Shown one piece after another: positions 38,481 through 46,658 of a DNA stretch of 64,000 bases. The notes under the pieces are model-generated. The model was not told the DNA's origin and did no database searches. It was given only the letters and a program-made list of their open reading frames with translations. This DNA is from a virus (lineage: Duplodnaviria; Caudoviricetes), in IMG/VR virus record IMGVR_UViG_3300030376_006980, positions 22,980 to 86,979 of that record; one strand, 5' to 3'. How positions within the stretch are numbered: the first letter of the stretch is position 1; each line of letters starts with the position of its first letter. The translations under genes were made by a program, and so were the position numbers.

Positions 38481-38639
38481 ATGAAAATACTAATTTGGAT
38501 TAAAAGAGAGGACGCCGTAAGCGGAATCATTACCAAATACTATACTTATTTACCTATCAGTGAAAAATTTCATGAATGGGTACAAGTAGAAATAACACAA
38601 GATGAATTTACAAAATTAGAAGATGATCAAATTTATTAA
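38481..38639 (+). CDS. small hypothetical protein (52 aa, not in ORF track)
   Basis: MKILIWIKREDAVSG...; fills the gap and overlaps the next gene. Confidence 0.55.
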   Translation: MKILIWIKREDAVSGIITKYYTYLPISEKFHEWVQVEITQDEFTKLEDDQIY

Positions 38640-38814
38640 AAAAATATTTAAAGGAAAAACAGAATTAGAAAAATTAGAAGCTCAGCATAAAGATCTTTTA
38701 GGACAAGCATTCATTGCATCTAAATCAAATCGAACTTTAAGTGACACTTTAACATTTGAGGCAAGTAAGATAGAAGAAAAAATAATTGAACTAAGAAAGA
38801 ATGAAACTAATTAA
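38623..38814 (+). CDS. Lacal_2735-like small helical protein (flavobacterial)
   Basis: KTELEKLEAQHKDLLGQAFIASKSNRTLSD...EA pattern. Confidence 0.6.
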   Translation: MIKFIKKIFKGKTELEKLEAQHKDLLGQAFIASKSNRTLSDTLTFEASKIEEKIIELRKNETN

Positions 38815-38868
38815 AAAATTAATATTCTTAATTAGATTAAAGTTCGCAAAAAGAAAAAGAAAATCAGT

Positions 38869-39174
38869 ATGGGATCTATAAAAGAACTAACCGATAAAAT
38901 ATCATTTAGATTATTAGCCACTCGTAAGCACGAAGATTATGATTGGTTAGAAGATCAAATGAAACAAGTTGTAAAACCAAAATCATTTTTAGATAATAAG
39001 TGGGTAAAGATAATTTTTAGTCTTGCTATAATGGGATCTGCTATACCTTCAATCTATCAAGATTTTACTTATGGACATCAAGGAACTTGGACACATTATG
39101 GAATGGCCTTAGTTGGAGTTTTATATTTTATTGAATCTTTACTGTGGACACTAGATTTATGGAAAAAGAATTAA
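38869..39174 (+). CDS. membrane protein
   Basis: Two TM segments. Confidence 0.65.
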   Translation: MGSIKELTDKISFRLLATRKHEDYDWLEDQMKQVVKPKSFLDNKWVKIIFSLAIMGSAIPSIYQDFTYGHQGTWTHYGMALVGVLYFIESLLWTLDLWKKN

Positions 39175-39536
39175 AGAAAAAGTTAGAAAAATACGAAGAT
39201 CTTATTTTTGAAGGTCATTCAATAAACAATAAAGATTTTTATAATTTAAAAAGGCAACTTTTAAAAGGTGAACATTTAGATCTTATTCAAATCTTTGAGG
39301 TTTTAGAATCTATGATTGAAAAAAGAAATAATGATTTAATGAATAGAAGATTAAACCTTCTTACCATTTGGTCAACTATATTTTTACCTCTCTCATTTTA
39401 TACTGGGCTTTGGGGAATGAATTTTGATGATGTACCTTTAATTTCAGATGATAACGGTTTTTGGATATTTACTGTACTTTCTTTATTAACTATAGGAGGT
39501 ATGTGGTGGTATTTTAAAAAGCATAAATGGATATAG
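39159..39536 (+). CDS. corA: mini-CorA (membrane pore domain only)
   Basis: LTIWSTIFLPLSFYTGLWGMNF (GMN signature), TM2 and YFKKHKWI; only about 65 aa precede TM1. Confidence 0.8.
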   Translation: MEKELKKKLEKYEDLIFEGHSINNKDFYNLKRQLLKGEHLDLIQIFEVLESMIEKRNNDLMNRRLNLLTIWSTIFLPLSFYTGLWGMNFDDVPLISDDNGFWIFTVLSLLTIGGMWWYFKKHKWI

Positions 39537-39537
39537 A

Positions 39538-40614
39538 ATGAGATTACATATACTAGGTATACCGAGAAATGCATCAACATCTAAACTTACGATGGATCCT
39601 TATGCAATGATTAGTTATTATACTACAACATATTTGCATAGAGCTGGTCATGAAGTACATTATTATGGATATAAAGAATCAACTGTAGAGTGTACACAGA
39701 AATGGGAATGTGGAGATAGAGATTTTTTAGAAAAATATTATATCACTAAAGGGTTTGAAAAAACTCACTGGAAAAATTCAGAAGAAGCTTGTGAAATATT
39801 TTCTAATAAAGCAAAAGATCATTTACTAAATAATTATAAAGAAGGAGATATTATTATATGTAATTGGAGTCCTTCTGTTGATATTTTAAGAAGATCATTT
39901 AAATATGCTAAAATAGTAGATGGTAATATTAATCATCGTTCACCTTCATCAGCAACTAATTACCATGTACATTCTTCTATAGCTAATCAACATTTTTTGT
40001 ATGGTGCAGCTGCTGAAAGAAAGGGTGATTATGATACTGAAGATCATTGGCAAGATACTGTAATATATCCTATGGCTAATGAATTAGATAATTTTGTTTA
40101 CAAAAAAGATAAAGAAGATTATTTTTTCTTTATGGGTAGGTTAGGTTTAAATAAAGGTATTCATATTCTGAGAGATCTTGCTGCTCATTTCCCAGATAAA
40201 AAATTTATTATTGCTGGTCAAGGAACAATGATTATAGATCTTTTACCTAATATGGAATTTGTAGGATGTTTAGACGGAGAAGAGAAAAAAGAATATCTTT
40301 CAAATGCTAAAGCAATGATATCTCCATCAACATATTCTGAACCGTTTGGCTTAACACCCGTAGAAGCAGGTTTATCAGGTACTCCTACTATTTGTACTGA
40401 TTGGGGTGGATATACCGAAAATGTCTTAGATGGTATTACTGGTTTTAGGTGTACATATTTTAATGATTTTGTAAATGCTATTAATAATATTGAAACACTT
40501 AAACCTGAAGACTGTAGAAAATTCAGTGAACGATTTGCTGCTGAAACTTTGGTAAAAGATTGGGAAAAATACTTACATAAAATAGATCGTGACAGTTGGT
40601 ATGATTTGGATTAA
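39538..40614 (+). CDS. GT4 glycosyltransferase
   Basis: FMGRLGLNKG; YSEPFGLTPVEAGLSGTP (EX7E). Confidence 0.9.
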   Translation: MRLHILGIPRNASTSKLTMDPYAMISYYTTTYLHRAGHEVHYYGYKESTVECTQKWECGDRDFLEKYYITKGFEKTHWKNSEEACEIFSNKAKDHLLNNYKEGDIIICNWSPSVDILRRSFKYAKIVDGNINHRSPSSATNYHVHSSIANQHFLYGAAAERKGDYDTEDHWQDTVIYPMANELDNFVYKKDKEDYFFFMGRLGLNKGIHILRDLAAHFPDKKFIIAGQGTMIIDLLPNMEFVGCLDGEEKKEYLSNAKAMISPSTYSEPFGLTPVEAGLSGTPTICTDWGGYTENVLDGITGFRCTYFNDFVNAINNIETLKPEDCRKFSERFAAETLVKDWEKYLHKIDRDSWYDLD

Positions 40615-40620
40615 AATCTT

Positions 40621-40649
40621 TCAGATATGAATTTAATTTGTTATATTTA
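40621..40649 (+). promoter_or_regulatory. class I promoter-like element, degenerate copy
   Basis: AAAATCTTTCAG...TTTGTTATATTTA parallels the 8631-8668 copy. Confidence 0.4.
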
Positions 40650-40664
40650 ATTTAAATACATAAT

Positions 40665-41627
40665 ATGAAAACAAGACTAGGTTACTGTTGTATCAATCTG
40701 AATTTAAGAAAAAACTTAATGGTAAACAGAACATGTAGAAAAGCTACATTTGAACAAAAAGGTTTATCATATGTAAGCAGTCTTGCTTTACAGAATATCC
40801 GAGATCTTATTGAAATAATTAAATGGAATGAAAAGAACGGTTTTAAAGTATACCGTATGTCATCTAATATGTTTCCTTGGATGTCTGAATATGAATTTAC
40901 AGATTTACCAGATTATAAAAAGATATGTACTCTCTTAAGAGGTATAGGTAATCTTTCTTCAAAATATGGTCAAAGATTATCATTTCACCCAGGGCCATTC
41001 AATGTTCTAGGTTCTCCTAATTCAACACTCATTGATAAAACTATCAAAGAACTTAATCAGCATGCTGAAATTATGGATCTGATGGGATTACCTCAATCTT
41101 ATATGTATCCTATTAATATACATTGCAACGGTACTTATGGTGATAAGGAAGCAACAATGAAGAGATGGTGTGATAATTGGTCTAGGTTATCCGAATCTGC
41201 AAAAAAGAGATTGGTTGTAGAGAATGATGATAAAGCAAGTATGTATTCCGTACAAGATCTTTTTGTAGGAATCTTTTCAGAAATTAAAGTTCCTATTACT
41301 TTTGATTTTCATCACCACCGATTTAATGACAGTGGCTTATCTGAAGAGGAAGCATTTATTCTTGCTAAACATACGTGGGATGTTCATGATGTAAGACCCT
41401 TATTTCATTATTCTTCATGCCGTAGAACATTCGAGGATCCTAAATGCAAAGTACAAGCTCATGCTGATTTTATCTATGAAAAGATTAATGATTATGGATG
41501 GAGTGTAGATATTGAAGTAGAGGCAAAGGCTAAAGAAGTTGCCGTCCTAAAATACAAAGATGAAACTGATTCTTTATTAGAATCATACCAACCATTTGAC
41601 AACCAAATGGCAATGGACCTAACTTAA
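40665..41627 (+). CDS. uvsE: UV-damage endonuclease
   Basis: RLGYCCIN, YRMSSNMFP, LSFHPGPF, VVENDD, FDFHHH, HYS, HADF, EAKAKE. Confidence 0.92.
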   Translation: MKTRLGYCCINLNLRKNLMVNRTCRKATFEQKGLSYVSSLALQNIRDLIEIIKWNEKNGFKVYRMSSNMFPWMSEYEFTDLPDYKKICTLLRGIGNLSSKYGQRLSFHPGPFNVLGSPNSTLIDKTIKELNQHAEIMDLMGLPQSYMYPINIHCNGTYGDKEATMKRWCDNWSRLSESAKKRLVVENDDKASMYSVQDLFVGIFSEIKVPITFDFHHHRFNDSGLSEEEAFILAKHTWDVHDVRPLFHYSSCRRTFEDPKCKVQAHADFIYEKINDYGWSVDIEVEAKAKEVAVLKYKDETDSLLESYQPFDNQMAMDLT

Positions 41628-41636
41628 TACATTAAT

Positions 41637-41924
41637 ATGATAGAAATCATAAAACAAAAACCGTTAAAAAGTACAACATCTGTAGAAGGAATATTAGTAC
41701 AAGTAACTGGTGGACAATGGTATGGGATTACAAGATTCCAACCAGCAAGAAATCCTTGGTTTGGAAGAGCATCAAAAGCAAAAGGAACAAGAATAGAAAT
41801 TGGTGCTGGAACTGAACTTTTTCAAAAACATTATAAAACCGCACCTGACTGGGAAGAATTAAAAACAATGTTAGTTGATGTTTTAAATGGAGCCGAACCT
41901 ACGATAGATAAAATGATATACTAA
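41637..41924 (+). CDS. hypothetical protein
   Basis: 95 aa ORF. Confidence 0.6.
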   Translation: MIEIIKQKPLKSTTSVEGILVQVTGGQWYGITRFQPARNPWFGRASKAKGTRIEIGAGTELFQKHYKTAPDWEELKTMLVDVLNGAEPTIDKMIY

Positions 41925-42088
41925 TGGGACCGATAATGGAAATGTTTGCATGCCTATTTATGATAGGATTAAGTTTTCTATTTCATCTTATTGTTTTTGA
42001 AGATGATTATGTAGAAAAATGGTATTGGAAAGTTTTAGGTGGTGGAGGTATTCTTCTTTTATGCTTTGCCGCTATAATGGGTTATTAA
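41924..42088 (+). CDS. small two-TM protein (54 aa, not in ORF track)
   Basis: MGPIMEMFACLFMIGLSFLF...; TAATG coupling to the upstream gene. Confidence 0.55.
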   Translation: MGPIMEMFACLFMIGLSFLFHLIVFEDDYVEKWYWKVLGGGGILLLCFAAIMGY

Positions 42089-42100
42089 AAAACAAGATTT

Positions 42101-42140
42101 TATAGTTCAATTCCCAAGTAAATAGATTATATTTATACTA
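42101..42140 (+). promoter_or_regulatory. class I (early) promoter core
   Basis: TATAGTTCAATTCCCAAGTAAATAGATTATATTTATACTA. Confidence 0.75.
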
Positions 42141-42141
42141 T

Positions 42142-42306
42142 ATGAATAACAAAATAGAAAAATATTACCAACAATACCTTAAAAATCATAGGACTCTTAA
42201 TATGGACTTTTATGAATTTTTAAGTGATAAATTAAATTGTTCAGAGAGAACGGCTCTAAGGACAATTAAAAAGTGGAAAGAACAAAAACTAATAAACATT
42301 ATATGA
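42142..42306 (+). CDS. small helix-turn-helix protein (54 aa, not in ORF track)
   Basis: LSDKLNCSERTALRTIKKWKEQKLI is HTH-like; ATGA overlap with the next gene. Confidence 0.65.
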   Translation: MNNKIEKYYQQYLKNHRTLNMDFYEFLSDKLNCSERTALRTIKKWKEQKLINII

Positions 42307-42491
42307 AAAAGAAAATCGGAAACTTTATTGTAGAACTGTATGGAGAAAGCCTAATGATTAAAAATCTAAAAGGTGATCTTTTAAAAGCAGAAATGGTTAA
42401 ACCATTTGAATCAGAAGATAAATTTAAAGAAAAGTGTATAGCTCTACAAGCTAAGATTGATGAAAGAATCAAATTAGGTTTAGCAGTATAA
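42303..42491 (+). CDS. hypothetical protein (start corrected to 42303)
   Basis: MKKKIGNFIVELYG... Confidence 0.6.
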   Translation: MKKKIGNFIVELYGESLMIKNLKGDLLKAEMVKPFESEDKFKEKCIALQAKIDERIKLGLAV

Positions 42492-42499
42492 TTAAATAG

Positions 42500-42612
42500 G
42501 GGGAGTTAGCCAAGTGGTACGGCTGCATATTTCTTAACGGTTGGAAGTTAATGCTAGCAACGATGAGTAAATCGGAGATATGTGATCGGGAGTTCGATTC
42601 TCCCACTCCTCA
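42500..42612 (+). tRNA. tRNA-like RNA with 42-nt insertion in the anticodon loop; identity unresolved
   Basis: Acceptor GGGGAGT/ACTCCTC+A, D-arm GCC-AAGTGGTAC-GGC, anticodon stem GCATA/TATGT, variable loop GATC, T-arm GGGAG-TTCGATT-CTCCC. The loop is 49 nt instead of 7. Confidence 0.75.
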
Positions 42613-42689
42613 GCTCTTAGATAGGTTAAAACCGAACAACGAGGCGTCAAATCTCACGCCTACAACCGAAAGGAGAGTCTAAGTGGAGT
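42613..42689 (+). ncRNA. multibranch structured element immediately 3' of the tRNA-like RNA
   Basis: Closing stem CTTAGAT/GTCTAAG encloses GGT-TAAA-ACC, AGGCGT/ACGCCT and CC-GAAA-GG hairpins. Confidence 0.4.
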
Positions 42690-42708
42690 ATTTTAAAAAT
42701 AAAATGTA

Positions 42709-43575
42709 ATGGATAAGATAGCCTTATTTACAACTGTTAATAAAAACTATGTTTCATATGCTGAAAGATGCTTTCAGTTATTTGAAGATTCTAATCCTGG
42801 TGTTTTTGATTTTTATCTTATCACATCTGATAAAGAAGTTAATTCTACAAGAAATGTAATTATTCTTAATCCTAAAGATTATATAAATGGATCACCTGAA
42901 TGGGGGTGGCCACCAGAATGCTTTCTTTATTTTACTGTACCTAATTTACTTCATAAAAAAGGATACAAATATTCCATGTACATTGATGCAGATTGTGTAT
43001 CATTAAAAAAATTAGATTTTGATTGGCTTAATGATAATTTTATTTTAGCAGGATCTCCTAGAATGAGAAATGATTTAAGTGAACAAATTGATGCATGGTA
43101 TTTTTTAAATCAAATAGGCAAGTCATCCGAAAATATTAATTTTTTAGAATCTTCTTTTGAATTACAAAATAAAGATAACATTATTGATATTAATTCAGGT
43201 GTTATTGTATTTAATAATGAAAGGTGGGTAGATGAAAAATTATATGATAAAGCATATTCACTTTTTAATACATGTAAAGAAAATGATTATCCTATGACCG
43301 ATGATGATTCTCTTTTAACACTATTATTGTTGGATACACCTAAAGAATTTTATAAACACTTAAGTTTAGATTGGAATTGGTATTATGAAAGACCTGAGGT
43401 TGAATCAATGGGAGGTGAAAATATTAATATACTCCACATGGCCTGGTTAAAACCTTGGGCTGATGATTCAAAGAATAAAAATCGCAATTTAGCTAAAGGT
43501 AAGGAAATCTGGGATGGTTATTCTAAAAGTGATTGGAGATATTCCGTAAAAGATTGGGGTTTTATAAATTGTTAA
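42709..43575 (+). CDS. GT8 glycosyltransferase
   Basis: YIDADCV (DxD), INSGVIVFN, DDDSLL, LHMAWLKPW. Confidence 0.85.
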   Translation: MDKIALFTTVNKNYVSYAERCFQLFEDSNPGVFDFYLITSDKEVNSTRNVIILNPKDYINGSPEWGWPPECFLYFTVPNLLHKKGYKYSMYIDADCVSLKKLDFDWLNDNFILAGSPRMRNDLSEQIDAWYFLNQIGKSSENINFLESSFELQNKDNIIDINSGVIVFNNERWVDEKLYDKAYSLFNTCKENDYPMTDDDSLLTLLLLDTPKEFYKHLSLDWNWYYERPEVESMGGENINILHMAWLKPWADDSKNKNRNLAKGKEIWDGYSKSDWRYSVKDWGFINC

Positions 43576-43658
43576 TAACTTTCTAAAAATAACGTGAAAC
43601 TATAGTTCAAATCCCAATTAAATTGATTATATTTATATTATAATTAAAAAACGGAAAA
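43570..43658 (+). promoter_or_regulatory. class I early promoter element, full copy
   Basis: TGTTAATAACTTT at 43570, 40-nt core at 43601, ACGGAA at 43651 before the ATG. Confidence 0.8.
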
Positions 43659-44384
43659 ATGGAACATAAAATATTTGAAGTCGGTGGTTGTGTAAGGGAC
43701 GAAATCTTAGGAGTCCACACTAAAGACATCGACTTTACTTTTGTATTAGAAAATACTGATATGTCAGTAGAAGAAGGTTGGAACTCAATGTTATCTATCC
43801 TTGAATCTGAAGGATTTAAAATATTCTTAAAGACTAAAGATTGTTTTACTGTAAGAGCTATGTTTCCTAAAGGACATAAACATGAAGGTTTAGTTGCTGA
43901 TTTTGTTATGTCTAGGAAAGAAGTAGGAGTTATACCTGGAACCAGAAAACCTATATTAGAATTAGGTACTTTGGAGGATGACTTAATCAGAAGGGACTTT
44001 ACTGTAAACTCTTTATGTAAAGATGAAAATGGAAAAATCATAGATATGTTTGGTGGAGTAGAAGATTTGAAAAAAGGTGTTCTTAAAACTCCTTTACCTC
44101 CAATGAAAACTTTAATGGATGATCCATTAAGAATGATAAGAGGTTTAAGATTTTGTATAACTAAAGGTTTTACTATTGATGATGAATTATGGAACTGTAT
44201 GTTAGAACCTGGTTTGTTAATGAAATTACAAGATGTAGTTTCTCAAGAAAGAATCAGAGAAGAAGTTACTAAAATGTTCAAACATGATACTCTTAAGAGT
44301 TTAAACCTTTTAAGATTGGTACCAGGATTAATGGAAGTTATATTAAAAGATGGAATGTGGTTAATGCCAACAACTAAAAAGTAA
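43659..44384 (+). CDS. cca: class II tRNA nucleotidyltransferase (CCA-adding / poly(A) polymerase family), no HD domain
   Basis: VGGCVRDEILG...KDIDF, DDLIRRDFTVN, DDPLRMIRGLRF, SQERIREE. Confidence 0.85.
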   Translation: MEHKIFEVGGCVRDEILGVHTKDIDFTFVLENTDMSVEEGWNSMLSILESEGFKIFLKTKDCFTVRAMFPKGHKHEGLVADFVMSRKEVGVIPGTRKPILELGTLEDDLIRRDFTVNSLCKDENGKIIDMFGGVEDLKKGVLKTPLPPMKTLMDDPLRMIRGLRFCITKGFTIDDELWNCMLEPGLLMKLQDVVSQERIREEVTKMFKHDTLKSLNLLRLVPGLMEVILKDGMWLMPTTKK

Positions 44385-44388
44385 TAAG

Positions 44389-44592
44389 ATGAGATATACT
44401 GTAACATACACAATGTACATTGAGGCTGAAAATGATAAGCATGCAGTTTCAAAAGGTGAGATGATTGCCAAAAGAGAACAGGCAAAATATCCTGCACAAA
44501 GATGTGAAATGGAGAAACTTCATTGTACTCCATTTGCATCTTTGCAAACAAGAGAAGTAGATATTAATAAAATTAAATATGAAAAAGTATAA
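44389..44592 (+). CDS. hypothetical protein
   Basis: 67 aa ORF. Confidence 0.6.
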   Translation: MRYTVTYTMYIEAENDKHAVSKGEMIAKREQAKYPAQRCEMEKLHCTPFASLQTREVDINKIKYEKV

Positions 44593-44878
44593 AATAGAAT
44601 CACATATGGGTATTGCCTTTTCAACCTTTAATGGTCAAAAATATTTATTTCCAGGGTGGATCCCAGTTGAAGATCATATATCATTTGATGATGTTGAGGT
44701 AATTAATCCTTATGCAAATATTAAAGTTAATGAATATCAAATAACTGGTTCAAGAGGGGATAAATATACTGTAACTAATAGAAACGGACAATTTTCATGT
44801 AACTGTCCTGCTGGTAAATTTAGAGGAACTTGTAAACATGCCACACAAGTTAAAAAAGAACTAAGTTTAGTTGAATAA
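44579..44878 (+). CDS. SWIM zinc-finger protein
   Basis: FSCNCPAGKFRGTCKH (CxC...CxH). Confidence 0.8.
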   Translation: MKKYKIESHMGIAFSTFNGQKYLFPGWIPVEDHISFDDVEVINPYANIKVNEYQITGSRGDKYTVTNRNGQFSCNCPAGKFRGTCKHATQVKKELSLVE

Positions 44879-44901
44879 ATAAAGTAAAATAATATAAAAA
44901 C

Positions 44902-45246
44902 ATGGTAGGAACATACGGAATAGCAAAAATTGATGTTGCAACAGTAACTGATGCAAATGTTCAATTTGAAAGAGATACTGATCTAGGTATCAATCTGACT
45001 CAACAAAAGGCTCAAATAATTGTAGGAGCTACCCCTCCAGTTCTAACACAAGGTCCTATTAAAAAATATCCTACAGGAATCATAAATACTGGATCATCAG
45101 CTGGAGATATAGAAGTTAAAGATACTGTTGGAAATACTGTGGTGCTAGGAGCAATGCAACCTGGTGTTGTAAGAAAGTTTGCATTTAGCCAAGTACTAGG
45201 TGCAGGAACTACCCCAGCGGTGGGAGAAGTAACTATACTTTATTAA
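44902..45246 (+). CDS. small beta-rich protein, probably structural
   Basis: Preceded by GAATAAATAA; Gly/Thr/Val-rich. Confidence 0.6.
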   Translation: MVGTYGIAKIDVATVTDANVQFERDTDLGINLTQQKAQIIVGATPPVLTQGPIKKYPTGIINTGSSAGDIEVKDTVGNTVVLGAMQPGVVRKFAFSQVLGAGTTPAVGEVTILY

Positions 45247-45282
45247 AAATTTAAATAGTAAAAATAAAATAAATTTTAAGTA

Positions 45283-45471
45283 ATGGAAAAAGTAAAAGAA
45301 ATTTTTGGAAAAATAGTAAGTTGGGTTGACTCAAAAGGTTTCTCTGCATTACTATCATTAGGTCTAGGATTAGGTCTTTGGGCATTTGGTTATAAGATAT
45401 ATGCTGGAATTGCATTCGGTGTATTCTTAACTAGAAACTGGGATCTCTTCAGAGGATGGATGAAGAAGTAA
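45283..45471 (+). CDS. small membrane protein
   Basis: Gly/Leu-rich hydrophobic core. Confidence 0.65.
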   Translation: MEKVKEIFGKIVSWVDSKGFSALLSLGLGLGLWAFGYKIYAGIAFGVFLTRNWDLFRGWMKK

Positions 45472-45544
45472 CACAAAACACAATTTCATCTCAGTACATT
45501 TTTTGCTACTGGGATGATTATTGTATAATCAACAATAAGAAATT

Positions 45545-46219
45545 ATGAAATACATTAAAAGTTTAAACTTAGAAGAAAAGTTAAAATTAAAAAATCCTAA
45601 TAAGGATGGAGAAGCTGATATAGATTTTGTTGAAGTAAAGCCAGGTGATTTAAAAAAGATGGCTAAGAAATATAAATTAGATGCTGATGAGTATGAGCCA
45701 GGAATGGTAATGCTTAAAGGAAAGAAAAAAGATATTGTAAGTTTCTTAAAAGATCGTGACTATGATATGGCTGATCAAGATATTGAAGACATCTTTCCTG
45801 AATTATTAGAAAACAAAGAAGATTTTGAACCTCATATGATGTATGATCCTAAAACAGGAAAAGGTTATAAAGCTGATACATACGAAGATCATTTAAGAAT
45901 GGACAAAATGGGGTATGTTCATGAAAAACCAGAAAACATCGATGAAGCAAAGAAATTTAAGCCTGGTGATATGTGGTCAGATGATTTTGATTATGAAGGT
46001 ATGTTAAGGTATGGATTAAAGGTAAATGAAAAAACACCTATTAAGATGTTAAACAAATTATTTGATTCTGCAACAGATGTAAATTATCATACACCTTTTA
46101 GAAACTTAGGTATTGCAATTGATTGGATTGAAGATGGTGATAAGAAAGGAGCTAAAGATTACATAAAGAATTTTCATAATGACATCAAAGCTGAAATGAA
46201 AAGTCAAGGACTAAAGTAA
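45545..46219 (+). CDS. putative head internal polyprotein
   Basis: MKYIKSLNLEE; internal LLE and IDE junctions. Confidence 0.65.
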   Translation: MKYIKSLNLEEKLKLKNPNKDGEADIDFVEVKPGDLKKMAKKYKLDADEYEPGMVMLKGKKKDIVSFLKDRDYDMADQDIEDIFPELLENKEDFEPHMMYDPKTGKGYKADTYEDHLRMDKMGYVHEKPENIDEAKKFKPGDMWSDDFDYEGMLRYGLKVNEKTPIKMLNKLFDSATDVNYHTPFRNLGIAIDWIEDGDKKGAKDYIKNFHNDIKAEMKSQGLK

Positions 46220-46222
46220 AAT

Positions 46223-46654
46223 ATGAAGTTTATAAAAACATATAAAGGGTATCATATTAAAGAGGCTGCTATGGCCTGCCCTGCTGCAACACAAGATTTG
46301 AAACTGAATACTAAAAACAGAGACAAATCTATAAAAGCAGATTATATTCAATATGGTCCTCTTAATGTTCAAGAACCTGGTGATTATTGGAAAGATATTG
46401 CAAAATATTGGAATACTTCCGAAGCAGCTGCAAAGAAATCAAATTGTAGTAATTGTGTAGCATTTGATATCTCACCAAGAATGGATGAATGTATGCCTGG
46501 TGTAACTTCCGATGAGGATGGAAGATTAGGTTACTGTTGGATGCATCATTTTAAATGCCATTCAGCAAGAAGCTGTAGAACATGGGCAAAAGGTGGACCA
46601 ATAACAGAAGATAAAGTATCTTATGAGTGGCAAGAAAGAAACTCTAAAAAATAA
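46223..46654 (+). CDS. Cys/His-rich conserved phage protein with capsid-targeting-like leader
   Basis: MKFIKTYKGYHIKE; CPAATQDL, CSNCVAF, GYCWMHHFKCHSARSC. Confidence 0.75.
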   Translation: MKFIKTYKGYHIKEAAMACPAATQDLKLNTKNRDKSIKADYIQYGPLNVQEPGDYWKDIAKYWNTSEAAAKKSNCSNCVAFDISPRMDECMPGVTSDEDGRLGYCWMHHFKCHSARSCRTWAKGGPITEDKVSYEWQERNSKK

Positions 46655-46658
46655 AAAT

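Noticed and set aside
42530-42578. Group I or archaeal BHB intron in the tRNA
   Set aside because: 42 nt is too short for a group I core, and the 37/38 BHB central helix does not pair.
42613-42689. HDV-like (theta) or hammerhead ribozyme
   Set aside because: The P1 partner is not placed before P4, there is no P1.1 GG, and no CUGANGA core is present. Kept only as an unassigned structure.
45487-45516. Hairpin CATCTCAGTA/TACTGGGATG as a terminator
   Set aside because: It lacks a following T-tract, so its function is unsupported.
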